NCBI GenBank assembly: GCA_026770705.1
Contig: JANJGN010000052.1
Coordinates: 4,030,001 to 4,094,000 of the forward strand
DNA: 64,000 nucleotides
DNA from: Isurus oxyrinchus
Lineage: Eukaryota
Reading direction: 5' to 3'
Position numbers and translations under genes: made by a program. Positions within the stretch are counted from its first letter, which is position 1. Every line of letters begins with the position of its first letter. This document shows positions 13,771-26,142 of this stretch, piece by piece. A model generated the notes under the pieces. That model had not been told where the DNA came from. It was given only the letters and a program-made list of their open reading frames with translations, and ran no database searches.

Positions 13771-15094
13771 CAAAGGCAATTGGGGATGGGCAACAAATAC
13801 TGGCCTAGCCAGTGACACCAACATCCCTGAAATGAATAAGAAAAAAATGTATCAATCAATTAAATTTATTGATTAATCGAATCGAAATTCCTCCAGCTGC
13901 CGTGGTGGGATTTGAACCCGTGCCTTCAAAGTATTCACCTGGGCCTCTGGATCACTGGCCTAGTGCCATTCCCATTGTGTGACTGTCTGCTATCATCATG
14001 GCTCTTTCACATCGATGTGGAAGTCCTGATAACAGAAGCATTGGACGAGGTACAGAAAGGTGACAAATCAGGAGCTCCATTGCTCAATATGAACGGATAA
14101 TAAAGATAAATGAACATAAACCTTCCAGTCACTAATTAGGGAGTCACTGTGGAGCCCATGAGTCCCTCGCAGCGCTATTGCAACCGTCTGGATCCCCAGT
14201 AGGGGACTCGGGGTGCAGCTGTGTCTTCCTCATCATTTGGAAAAGCCGGAATTGTTCGGGTGCCCCTTCAAACAGGCCGAAGATGCAGTGGTTGATGTCT
14301 CCCACAGGCCCTGGGAGACCTCCCCTGCCAATTTGTTTTGTAGCTTATTCTTCAACTGCGACATTGGATCAGCTTGAAAAAGGGTGAGGCTGAGGCAATA
14401 CCACCAGGTAAGCGTCTATCCCCTCACACTTCACCCCCCCACCCCCGTAACCGTCACAATCCCTCCCATCGTGCTGGAGGAGCATAATGTGCACATTCCC
14501 CTCCTTCCAATCAGTCTCCTCCCTTCCTCTCTAATCCTTGATCTTATTGTGTTCGGGGTTGACATCCCAGTCCTCCTCCCTAGACTGTCTGATGTTGACA
14601 TCCCAATGCCCCATGTAGACCTGACCTCTCTCCAACTAGAGGCCCATTGTACTGTGACTTACAGAGACCACCGGCCCCCCTCGATTTCCCCCCCCACCCC
14701 TACTCTCTATATTACCTGCTCCCCACTGACAGGCTGCAGATGCCTCCCCTGACTGGGATTGTGCCACCTGCGGCCTAGTATCAAGCCACCCACCCCCAGG
14801 ACCGACGTGTGTGAGGGACTGACCACGTCCTGCACACCATGCTGGGCACCACCAACCCAGGACTGCCAGGCTCTCCCCACCACACTGGACTGGGACTAGA
14901 ATAGGCGTGCCAAGCACAGCTCTCTAAATCGTGGCGCAGACCCACAGCACTTGCAATGTTTTGTGGCCCGAATCCTTGCTGAGGAACTGCCCAGGACTAA
15001 AAGCAAAAAAACTGCAGATGCTGGAAATCCAAAACAGAAACAGAAACAGAAATACCTGGAAAAACTCAGCAGGTCTGGCAGCATCGGCGGAGAA

Positions 15095-15447
15095 GTACTG
15101 AGGTAGTGCGGCACTGTCGGAGGTTCAGTACTGAGGGAGTGCTGCACTGTCGGAGGGTCTGAGCTGAGGGACTGTTGCACTGTCAGAGGGTCTGAACTGA
15201 GGGAATGCTGCACTTTCGGAGGCTCTGAACTGAGGGAGTGCTGCACTGTCGGAGGCTCTGAGATGAGGGAGTGCTGCACTGTCGGAGGGTTTGAACTGAG
15301 GGAGTGCTGCACTGTCGGAGGGTATGAACTGAGGGAGAGCTGCACTGTCGGAGGGTTTGAACTGAGGAAGTGCTGCACTGTCGGAGGGTCTGATCTGAGG
15401 GAGTGCTGCGTTGTTGGAGGGTTTGAACTGAGGGAGTGCTGTGCTGT
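15095..15447 (+). repeat. 33-bp minisatellite (variant)
   Basis: Tandem gaactgagggagtgctgcactgtcggagggttt. Confidence 0.9.
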
Positions 15448-15790
15448 CTAAAGAACATTGTACAAATTGCACAAAATTTCATCTGATGCCTGTGTCTCAT
15501 GCTAACATGAAGTTCATGCACACAACAGGAATATTTCTCGCTGTTTCTCTGCAGCAAGACAGCTTTGGTATCACACCACCCACTGGCAAGTGTGTGCAGC
15601 TACAATGTGACATGTTTACATTGGAAATTTCTATTATAAAGATGGACAGAGGAATTCATCTGATTGGAAAACGTGACAACAGGAAGTAATGTCTTTGAGC
15701 CAAGTATTTTGCAGCAAAACAAGAATTTTAATCTTTAAATATCTACAGAACAGGCTGAGCATTTTAATCACTTGAGTTAATCAATGTAAT

Positions 15791-15796
15791 TTTATT
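15791..15796 (-). promoter_or_regulatory. Candidate poly(A) signal of the activating Siglec-like gene
   Basis: AATAAA on the - strand about 385 nt past the stop codon. Confidence 0.35.
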
Positions 15797-16179
15797 CATA
15801 AGCCAAATGCTTCTTACAATCTATCGCAGCATGAAAAAGGTGCAGCATTCAGAAAGCTCATTCCAATCAGAGAACAGAGTTTAGCAACGTCACATTTCTG
15901 TTCATTCCTATTCGATGAACAATTTCAAAAGGAAATTGGACGGAAATTGGAAATAAATTTGCAGGGATACGGGGATAGAGCGGGGGATGGGACTGAGTGG
16001 ATTGCTTTACAGAGAGACAGCATAGACTCAATGGGCCAAATGTCCTCCTCCATTGCTGGAATGACTCGATGATACGGAGATGATTCTAACCAGGACACTG
16101 ACCAGTTTCATTACAACTTAACACAACATCACACGTTATTTGTCCGCACTGACTGACCAGATTGTTGCTGTACAAAGCT

Positions 16180-16319
16180 TTAAACAGTCTGTCGATTTCC
16201 TTTCACTGTTTGTCTCTCCCAGACACAGACTCCAGCGATAGTGATAACCACAGCCACAAGGAATATCACAGCTCGTATTCCCAGGATCAGGATCACGTGC
16301 AGAATCTCTCCTCCACTGT
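16180..16319 (-). CDS. Terminal TM exon with intramembrane Arg and short tail
   Basis: Acceptor tttctttctgtgtgttctctag; reads SGGEILHVILILGIRAVIFLVAVVITIAGVCVWERQTVKGNRQTV*; Arg codon at 16273-16275; no tyrosine in the tail. Confidence 0.8.
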
Positions 16320-17433
16320 CTAGAGAACACACAGAAAGAAATCATCACTGACTCTCCGCTTTCAATCTCTCACTCTGGCTGAACAATCAAGCTTCATATC
16401 ACTGCAACATTTGCTGTAATATTGACCCATTCACTGGGATTCAATGTGGAATGAATGTTTTCACTGTAAACACTCTAAGAGTGGACAATCGGAACTTTCC
16501 CCTTAGCATGGAACATTGGTGAGAATGGATCATTGTGCTGTTGGACTCTCTGTCCAATGTTTCTCTCCATCGCTGTGTACAGGATTGTGCTGTAGAAAAT
16601 TCTGGAAACGTTTAGTGCAGGGTGGAAATCCATCTCGGACGTGTGTGCGAATCGGGCAGGATCGAGATGGACTCCCCCACGGACTTACACCCCCCGCTTA
16701 ATAAACAGTTCCAATCTTTACCCAGAGAGAGGGGAGAATATGGAACTCGCTCCCACAGGGAATGGTTGAGGTGAATAGTAGCAAATTAGGAAGTGAAATT
16801 GCTTGAAAAGCTTGGAGATGCAAGGGTTAAGTGTTACCGTGCTACCACTGGTGGGAGAGTGTAACTACAGCGTGACGTTTACATAGGCAATCCCCATTAT
16901 GAACATGGACATCATGTGAAAAATGGGCACTGGAAAGCTGAGAACTTGATGTAAGCTTTTCAGCAACAGGAATTCCCTTCCTTAACCTCTCCACTTCCCT
17001 CTTATTCTCAGATACTCAAACAAAATTTCACACAAAATCACGTAAGGAGGAATTGGGACAGGTGACTGGTCAAAGAGTTAGATTTCAGGAAGGTTCTTAA
17101 AGTAGGATAGAGAGTTGGAGAGGCAGAGAGTATCTGTGAGTATCTCTGTGCATCTGAGTGTCTGTAATAGACTTTGCAATTTCCATATTCTTCCATAAAT
17201 ATGAAAGGGAACACAAATCCCAGAATCCAGGTCAACTCTCCGGTGCAGCACTGAGGGAGGTCAGGTAATCCACAGGGGAGTATGTGCTAGTGTGTTTGTT
17301 TGTGAGTGTGTCTTTGTGTGTGCTCATAGATGTGGGATTGTGTGTCTGCAGGTGTCTATTTAAGGCTGGATATTTATGTGTGTTTTTGTAGTGTTTCAAT
17401 CCGAGAGAGATGTTGAAGTTTGTCTTAACTAAC

Positions 17434-17585
17434 GTTCCACAGTGATGGTTATGAACCCCTCCACTGCTCCATGTTCATTCTCTGAGCACACTGATAGTCT
17501 CCAGTGTCCCTGGATGTAACGTGAGGAATCACCAACCACAGCTCATTGTTGGAACTTGTTCTGTTCATTGTGATATTCAGATGTC
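17434..17585 (-). pseudogene. Broken C2-set exon remnant (array-type C2)
   Basis: 3' half of the repeated C2 exon (HLNITMNRTSSNNELWLVIPHVTSRDTGDYQC); 1-nt deletion, 5' half missing, donor gttagt. Confidence 0.85.
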
Positions 17586-17908
17586 AGGACCGGACTCAAC
17601 AAGACAGATTGCAGGTTTACCAACAGAAAGTGAACAACAATTTATATTTAAAGGGAAGAGAGTGCTGGTTAATCAGCAAGTGGTCTCTGATTGGAGGAGG
17701 TGTTGCCATGGAAAATAATGTGTGTGAGATGTAAAGTTTAGACAGCTTGTCTCTTCATTCAGCAACAATCAAATAAAGATCAGTTAACTTCTATCGACTG
17801 TGAAGCACTTTGAGAGGCATGAGAATGTGGACACTGAGAACGGGCTGCACTGTCAGAGGGTCAGCGCTGAGGGAGTGCTGATGTAGAATGAAGGGTGTCT
17901 GTACTTAC

Positions 17909-18205
17909 CTTGCACAGTTAGTACGAGGGTCCGCTCCGATGAAACAGATGGATATCTCACTCTGCAGCTGAGAGTGTGTCTGTGGTGTTTGAGTGATGGG
18001 ATCAGGGTCAGAACAGAAGTATAGGTCAGAGTGACACCATGCTGAGTTACAGTGTTTGAGACTGATCCACGTACGTCAGTGGGAGTGTCCCAGGTTAAGA
18101 CAGGTGCTGCTGTTCCTTTGCACGTTGTGTTGAAGGTGCCGCTTACATCCACAGGCTTTCCTGCAATAATTTCAGCAGGGAATATCGTGGGTTTATCTGT
18201 GAAAT
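17909..18205 (-). CDS. Siglec C2-set domain 2 exon (activating paralog)
   Basis: 297 nt, AG/GT, phase 1-1; 92/99 aa identical to 38753-39049; B-strand Cys replaced by Gly. Confidence 0.85.
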
Positions 18206-18933
18206 CTAACACACCGAGAATGGATCCTTTTAGAGAAATATAACGTGAAGCATCAGTTCAAATAGAAATCACAGTCCCACAAGAAAAAGCACTTTTACAA
18301 GGATGATATCAGATCTGAGAGGTTACAATGATTAGGAGAGAATTTCCTGCTTTGAGACTTTGGTGTTTCTGTCTCTCAGCTTAATACACGTTCACTCCGA
18401 GACACCTGAACTGATAATAGTGGGTGAGGGTGGTGGAGCAGACCAGAGTTTGGAGTGCACTAACCCATCAGTCCCTCAGCGATCTGGGCCATTTTTTACT
18501 TTGCAATTTGTGGGAACTTGCTGTGTGCAAATTGGTTGTTGTGTTTCCCACATTACAATAGTAACTACAATTCAGGAATCAGCTCATTGGCTGTGAAGTG
18601 ATTTGGTCCATGCTGAGGTGGTGAAAGGTGCTACAGAAATGTGAATCTTTCTTCTGTCGCTAAGTCAGACTTCGAGACAGGATTAGAGAGATCGATAGGA
18701 GTGGATAACCTGATAACATTGATGGACACAGTCAATACATTTAATCATTGATATTAAAGTGAGTATTAGAGGTTGCTTTAGGAGTGAATTGGAAGCGATC
18801 ACCAGGTTATTGAGAATCAGACAGTGTGTTATAATAAGCTGTGTTTTGTGTTAATACGTAAACGTCACAGTTTGTGTTATTTCCCATTGAGTGTTGAATG
18901 TGAATTGTTGAGTAATTATAACACAGCACTTAC

Positions 18934-19299
18934 CAGAAACGTGAAGCTGGGTTACAGGGTAATAGTTATGGCTCGGACCATTGTCAAATTCTATTCTGAA
19001 AAAATAAGGTCCCGCATCTTCCCGTCTGATGTTGTTTATAATCAGGGAACAGACGCCATCTTTCAGGTCTCCAGACAGCCGGGTCCGATGGTGGAACCGT
19101 GGTAACTCGTGACTGTGATCCTTGGAGTGAAAGGCTATAGACGATGTTCTCCATTCCTCATTATTAAACCAGACTCCACCTCGCGGTTGGTTTTCCAGAC
19201 ACGATGGATAACTGTAATGACATGGAATCTGTACACACGAACCTTCCTGCACTGTCACCTCTCGTGGATTGTCACCTTTCCACTCTTGCGAGGGTTCAG
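18934..19299 (-). CDS. Siglec V-set exon (activating paralog)
   Basis: 366 nt, AG/GT; Siglec Cys pattern SCVQIPC...CSL; essential Arg in YFFRIE. Confidence 0.9.
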
Positions 19300-19344
19300 C
19301 TGGGGAGAGAAATCTCAATATTTAACTCTGAATGGTTTGTGGAT

Positions 19345-20150
19345 CCACTGAACCCGATATTTACAGATGAGGCTGAATTGGGGGGATGGTCAATACTGAG
19401 GAGAATGGCAACAAATTATATTGTCAGGAAGAATAGAAAAACAGGATATAATTTAAATGGAGACAGGCTGCAGAATGCAGTACAGAGGGATCTGGGTGTC
19501 CTGGTACATGAATCACAGAAAGTCAGCATTCAGGAACACCACGGAATGAGGAAGGCAAGTGGAATGTTGGCCTTTATTGCAAAGGGATGGAGTATAAAAG
19601 GAGGGAAGTCTTGCAACAGCTGCACAGGGCGTTGGTGAGATTGTAACAGGATCATTGTGTACAGGCAGTTCAGAGAAGCTTCACTGGGCTGATTCCTGGG
19701 ATTAAAGGGTTTGTCCTGTGAGGAAATGTTGAGCAGGTTGGGCCTGTATCCATTGGAGTTTAGAAGAATGAGGGGTGACCTTATTGAAACATATCCGATT
19801 CCGAGGGGGCTTGACAGGGTGGATGCTGGGAGGATGTTTCCCCCTCGTGGGAGAATCTAGAACCAGGGAGCACAGTTTCGGAATTAGGGCTCCCCCATTT
19901 AAGACTGAGATGAGGAGGAATTTCCTCTCTCAGAGGGGCGCTAGCCTGTGGAATTCTCTTCCCCAGAGAGCAGTGGAGGCTGGGCCATTGAATAGACTCA
20001 AGGCTGAGTGAGGCAGGTTTTTGATCGACAAGGGAGTCAAGGGTTTGGGGGACAAGCAGGAAAATGGAGTTAAGGCCGCAACCAGATCAGTGAGAGCAGG
20101 CTGGAGGGACCGAATGGCCTGCTCCTGTCCCTATTTCTTATGTTCCTACA
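19345..20150 (+). mobile_element. CR1 LINE 3' fragment between the two V exons
   Basis: QRDLGVLVHESQK, FLSQRGASLWNSLP and CR1 tail. Confidence 0.85.
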
Positions 20151-21030
20151 TTCTTACCTTCTTAAAATATTAAAGCTGCAGAATAAACATGCAAGTCAAT
20201 GACCCGCTCGACCCACCTTCCCTCTGGGGGTCCCATGGGGAGGACCCTTCCTGAGCCAGATCCACCAGCCAACATGGTCTAGATCTGAGCACAGGAGACA
20301 CGGGGGGTAGTGACTAACAGGCTCCTTGTGACAGGCCCCGTCTGTCCAATGGCTGGCTTTCAGCTGCCAAGGCCAGAGTTGTCCTTGCTAAAACTGGCTC
20401 AGGACAGGCCAGGACCCCTGTGCAGACCCCCTCCAGCGCTGCAGCCTCTGTACAAACCCCTCATGCGCTTGTGGAGAGACACAAACAAGGCTGCACATTA
20501 CCGAGGAGAATCCCCTCTACGGACTAAGGGGCTGACTCATCACCTTAAACTCAGCAAATGAGGAGGCTCTCACTCAGTATCGGGGCTTGGCATTGGCTCA
20601 ATAAAAATAAGAGCTGTTTCAGCACAGTGGCTGGGGTTGGGAACCTGATTGGAGGGATTCAAACATGGAGTTCCGGGAAAGATGGGAACGGATTCGGGAG
20701 ATGGAAACACGTTGCAGGACTTTGGAGGGGAAACAGAGGCTGGGGATGGGACGGGAGATTACACAGACAGTGTGAGGGGTGGAAGGTGTAGTGGGGAGGA
20801 GACACTTCACTCAGGGGGGAGGTGTCATCACCCCTCAGCTCGGTTTACGTTACAGCTATGATGTGGATTCAATCACACACAATAAGCTCATGGATCTGGG
20901 AGCAGAAATAGACAAATCATTAAAAATAGTGACGCTGGTTAACACGGCCAAAAAACAAGCAAATCAAACACTATTATTTCCCATTGAGTGTTGGATGTGA
21001 ATTGTTGAGTAATTATAACACAGCACTTAC

Positions 21031-21396
21031 CAGAAACATGAAGCTGGGTTTCAGGACGGTCGTTGTATCTATTCCTGCTGTCAAAATCTGTTCTGAATAA
21101 ATAATATCCTGCATCTTCCCATCTGATGTTGTTTATAATCAGGGAACAGTCACCATCTTTCAGGTCTCCAGAAAGCCGGGTCCGATGGTGGAACCGTGGT
21201 AACTCGCGACTGTGATCCTTGGAGTGAAAGGCTATAGACCATGTTTCCTAATTCCTTCTCATATACCAGATTCCAACAGGTGATCTCGGTACTAAATATG
21301 ATGGGTAGCTGTAATGACACGGAATCTGTACACACGAACCTTCCTGCGCTGTCACCTCTCGTGGAGTGTCACCTTTCCACACTTGTGGTAGTCCAG
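21031..21396 (-). pseudogene. Second V-set exon with one in-frame stop
   Basis: 366 nt with intact splice sites; TAG at 21248-21250 at the position of Trp in the other V exons; diverged loops. Confidence 0.88.
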
Positions 21397-21787
21397 CTAG
21401 GGGGAGAAATATCAATATTTAACTCTGAATGTTTTGTCAATCCACTAGACTCAAAATCCACCCCCTCCATCACTGGGGCACAGTGGCTGCAGTCTGGACT
21501 CACAATAAATGCCCCAATGTTTCACAACACATTGAAGAGAATCCTGGATACAGGAGTGGACAAGTTCATTCTACATTGGCTCATGGCCCTCAGGAACCTG
21601 TTTAGTGAAGCCAGTCTTCCACCCAACACAGTGTCTACAAGACACACTAATTGAAGTGAGTTCACTGCTGATTTACAAACTAGGACAATGGATTAGGAGC
21701 CTTCAGAATTCCCCCATTATCACCATCATGAATCATGAATTGGCCTAGCTGTCCTAGATCCTCAGTGTCTAAGGCAGTGGTTCCTAT

Positions 21788-22716
21788 TGTGATGAAAGTA
21801 TAATAATTTTCATAATATTTTATAGTATATTGTGAAGTAGGTTTATGGGGGTACGCATGATGGGTCTGCATGTGATTTAAGTACATTTGGAGTTAATTAG
21901 ATTGGAAGTTTAAAATGATCAAAAGGAGCTAGGTGCTTGACATGCTATTGAGTAAACATGGATGCTGCTTAGCATGGAAGGTATGAAGAGAATTTGCATT
22001 TTTATTTCAATGAAGGGGTTGTTGGATTTCAAAGGAATCTTAGTTTGTTTACAACTAGCCAGATCAGCAAGACTAAGGAATGTGCTTATTTTTCTCAAAG
22101 GCTCCTGGCAATATGGGCACCACGAAAGAGTTTGTTATGAGGAAGATACAGTTTCAAAAACATTTGGAACAATAGAATTTTCATGTTACAAAGAGAGAAA
22201 TATATATCTATCAGGGAGAATGAAAGGCTATGTGTCAGAATGCCATGTAAGATCTAACACGAGTGTGTGATATAGTCTTAATGAAACCACGAGGATTTGT
22301 GCACAAGCCTGCTATCCAACAGAACTGAAGTTGGGGAAAAGCCACTTGGAATTCCTCTGTGCAGGGTATTGCTTTTATATTGTGTTAACTTGCTGAGTTT
22401 GTTTTAAATATAAACTCTATTTTTGGACCGTTGCCTTAAAGGGAGTGTAACTGGGAGTCAGGTTATTTCGGAATTTTAAGAATTATTATTAAAATGGTAA
22501 TTGTAGTGTCATGTACATGCATGATATCATTTATTCTCAGAGCAAGTATTTTAATTTAATTTTCAAATCTCTAAAGTTCCTAGAGTAATTATTGCTTCTG
22601 AATTCAGTGCACACATCTCATAATAAATACAAATTGCAAAATCATTATGATCGTGTGACCACCTTTCTCTCATGGACTTGGTCTGCCTGGCACACATCAC
22701 CTGTCAAGTGATAACA
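21788..22716 (+). mobile_element. Solo LTR
   Basis: TG...CA ends (tgtgat/ataaca), near-match 4-bp TSD ctat/ctgt, internal AATAAA; homologous copy at 50947-51838. Confidence 0.7.
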
Positions 22717-22720
22717 CTGT

Positions 22721-24041
22721 TGTAATACGCCTTTCAGGGACAGCAGCATGACATCACTCGAGGGGAAGTGTGTCATGTGATTTTTAGGAACTGGGGATAG
22801 GTTAAGTAAGTTCTATGTGTATTTGTGTGTGTTAAGCATAAGGTCTATCTTTAAGTTCAAGTTTAGTTTGATTTCTGTATTTGTGTGTTAAGAAAGGGGG
22901 AAACTTGACTTTTAGTTTCATTTTTATAGAAGCCAGCAATCTAATGAGGTTTGGTGACTGTTGAAGGGAAGTCAAAACAAACACAAGGTGTAAGAAACTG
23001 TGCTGCTGCCTGGCAACAGTGATCCAGAGGGAAAGACCCATAGAGGCAGAGAAAAACAGAAAAGTACTTTCAGTTCTGTTGAAAGGAGTTGCCAGGAGAA
23101 GCAGCAAAGGAGCGGGACAGATAGTCAGTCCCAAAGTAAAGAAGAAGCAAAAACCATCGAGTGGAACAGGAGAAAGGGCCAAGAAGACCTTCTCGTCCAA
23201 GGAAGATCAGGAATCTGGACAAGGTCCTGTTAAGTCAAGTTAAGGTTGAGGTTCAGAGGAGGGATCCAAGCTAAAAGAGAATGGGCAAAAGGGCACAGAC
23301 CCAAAGCAAAAAAGGCTTGTGAGAAGCCAGAAGATCCTAGGAGACACCACAGGTTGGTGACTCATTACTACGGCCATGTGAAGCCATGGTGTTCCATTGA
23401 CACGGCTGAGCATTGGAGAGACAGGGCGTGGAAGGAAGGCTGAATGCATGTGGCGATCCAGGGGGCAGGAACATGGGAAGGAGAGTTTGAAATAGTGAAA
23501 GTGGACCCGTGTGGAAGGTGTCTGAGTGAAAGTGTCATGTTGGAGAAGATTCCAAAGAGAGCACTTGGTGAGTAGAGATTGGAAACCCTCATGTGAAAGA
23601 AGCAGTTTCGTTAGACCAGTTGCCTCACGGTGTAACAAGCGTCTAGAGTCAGTTGAGGAGGGACCCGGAGCATTTGTTTCAAGTGGGTTCTGTCACTTGG
23701 TTTCAGAATGTGGTGTCCCTGACCCCAGGTCGTCTACTGTTTTACATCGACTGTGTACTTAGTGTGAACATGAGAGTATAAGTTAGTTATTGTAATTGTG
23801 TTATCCTTATGAAACTGTAAATGTATAGGTCTGGGTGAAGGAGTAATGTCATATCGTTTGTCTTTCCTAGTTTAATAAATGTTTTATTCTTTTGTTAGAA
23901 GTTCATCAGATGACTCCTGTGACTCTGTTCAGTAGCCGCACTCCACATTCCTAAATAAAAAATATAAGTTAGGACCTATCAAGCTGAGTTCCACCCTGGG
24001 ATCTGACTTGCCCAGTAGTAACATCAGCTGGGATGATAACA
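22721..24041 (+). mobile_element. Second LTR-like element
   Basis: tgtaata...gataaca termini and AATAAA near the 3' end; no clear TSD. Confidence 0.45.
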
Positions 24042-25288
24042 CCATCCAGTCCAAGTTTCACTTTTGTCTGTGAGCAGAACACAGCTCACACAGTTTGGCT
24101 GCAGGTGTCTCCCAGCTTTCTATCCTTGTACATCTGTTCTCATGTCCCTATTCAAAATAACTGAACCCACAATGTATTTACCCAATTCCGTATCAGTGGC
24201 TGGTGCCTTTATATCATTATAAAAACACAACATGGTGATCAGCGGTGGCCAAACATTCTGGCAGCAAGATTCAGTACAATATGAAAATGATACCAGAAAC
24301 CTCTTATTCTCTGTCCTTCTCAAAGATCCATCCCTGCAGCAGGAGCCTTAAGAGTTATTGATGTGGGGCTTAATTTATCAGATTGCAGAATGATCTGGAA
24401 GAGAAGGAAGCCATTTGGCCCATCGAGCCTGTGCTGGACCTTTGAAAGTTCTGTCCAATAAGTCCCACTCTAACCTCTGCTCTCTCCTCCACAGCCCTGC
24501 AAAATGTCCCCTTCAAGTATTTATCCAGTTCCCCTTCTGAAAGTTCCTGTTGAATCTGCTTCCACCGCCCTTTCAGGCAGTGAGTCAATGGTCTCTCTCT
24601 GAGCTGCAAAGTGCTCAGATTCTGTGAAATTTAAACTCTGCAGCAGATCAGAGACAATCATGATAACTCAGAATATTTGACAGTTTTGCACACAGACAGC
24701 TTTGCCTCCCTTCTCTCTTTCAGTTATCTTGCTCCCTTATTGAAGTATCTAGCAAGGTGAGAATGGACAGGAAGTGTGGCACTGAACAGCCTGTCTATTC
24801 TAGGAGCTGCTGTGTTGTCTTTATAGGAAATTCTGACTAAAATCAGCAAATGACACAAAATTTCAGGGCATTGTTATCCGAGTCCTAACATCAGGATAGA
24901 CCTCATTCCTCAGTTTTTATCCCTGATTCTCTATTCAGCCGATCGCTCCCCTGTCACTGGCTGAACTACACTGACTCCCAGTCCAGCAATGACTCAAATT
25001 TCAAATTCTCATCATTGATTTCTTACCCGCAATCCACCCTCTCCCCTCCCTATCTCTGTAACCTCCTCCAGTTCTTACAACCCTCTGAGATCTCTACTCT
25101 CCTCCAATTCTGCTGTCAGACAGGGAGTCAGTGTATATCAGTGAGCACAGGGGTGATGGGTGAATGGGACTTGGTGTGTGTTTGTACACTGGCTCACTGC
25201 TGAATCGGTTCCCAATCACAGCTCAATAAAAATGATCTTTTACAAAGACTGTTAGCCATAAATCTGTCTGAGCTGACGATGGTATTAC

Positions 25289-25328
25289 CTTGGAGAAGTG
25301 ACAGGAGGAAGTAAGATTTCCCGATCAT
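25289..25328 (-). CDS. Leader (signal peptide) exon, activating paralog
   Basis: ATG MIGKSYFLLSLLQ + G|gtaata, phase 1; coding part identical to 34057-34096. Confidence 0.85.
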
Positions 25329-25778
25329 TGTCCACTCCCAGGTATTCCATCCACTTCTGACTCTCAAACTGTGAAAGAGAAAGGAGTTAATGAGACCTCA
25401 CCTCTTGTCCGACAGCTCTCGAGAGATCAGAACTGCTTTTAGACAATGTCTTCACTGACTAATTTGATTCTCTGTGGGATGATAGGTGCTCTGCAGAGAG
25501 TCACAAGACTTTAACAAAGAAAAACAATGAAGGGTTTGCATTTCTATAGCACCTTTCACCACCTCAGGATATCCCAAAGCTCATGTCCCTGCTCTTCCCT
25601 CATCCCTTGAGCTAGAAAGATGTTCTGTACAACAGACTTGAGCCTCACACCCAGATCTCAATAATCAGTAGAAATCTTTCAAAGGCATCAATCATTGGAA
25701 TCTGTCTTTATAAAGTCACAACATCAACAAAGGACGGTGTTGGTCGTGGAAGTGAATTCCAATCGTTCCGTTACTTAC

Positions 25779-25863
25779 CCAGGACCTGTCCGACTGCTCG
25801 CCTGGGGAGGAACTGCCCACACGCTCTGCTTGGGCAGAATGACCTCTTCCTGTGCTGCTCCCT
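25779..25863 (-). other. 85-nt exon-like cassette upstream of the leader (candidate 5' UTR exon)
   Basis: Donor gg|gtaagt; near-identical to 33540-33624 and 62383-62467. Confidence 0.6.
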
Positions 25864-25905
25864 CTGTGTGTTTAATTAGAAAGGGTGGATGTGTCACTGT
25901 GAGAC

Positions 25906-25919
25906 AAAATGAGGAAGTG
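25906..25919. promoter_or_regulatory. PU.1/ETS-like site
   Basis: aaaatgaggaagtg about 45 nt upstream of the 85-nt cassette; counterpart at 33486-33497 overlaps an AP-1-like tgactca (33497-33503). Confidence 0.4.
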
Positions 25920-26142
25920 GGTAACCAGTGAGAAGATTGAGGATGTTTTGTGCTCTCAGCAAAACGTTTACCATGTGATGATCTGTCAGCTCATATTTGG
26001 GCAGCTGTAGTCATGAAGCTTCTCCATTGGCTCTGTGGGGTTAGACCCCTTCCCCTCACCTCGGAGGCTGAAACTCAAGCGATAAGAGTTCCCAATACAG
26101 GTCTCTGGCCATATGGTCCATGTCGACAATCTGTGGTATCAT

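Larger units (their letters stand above)
16180..25328 (-). other. Gene span: putative activating Siglec-like receptor (leader-V-C2-TM[Arg]-short tail, about 280 aa)
   Basis: Exons 25328-25289, 19299-18934, 18205-17909 and 16319-16180 join in frame through phase-1 GT-AG introns (843 nt). Confidence 0.75.

Noticed and set aside
18934-21396. Tandem V exons as RAG-rearranging Ig/TCR segments
   Set aside because: Each V includes its G strand and ends in a splice donor; no RSS heptamer-nonamer seen; the Cys pattern is Siglec-type
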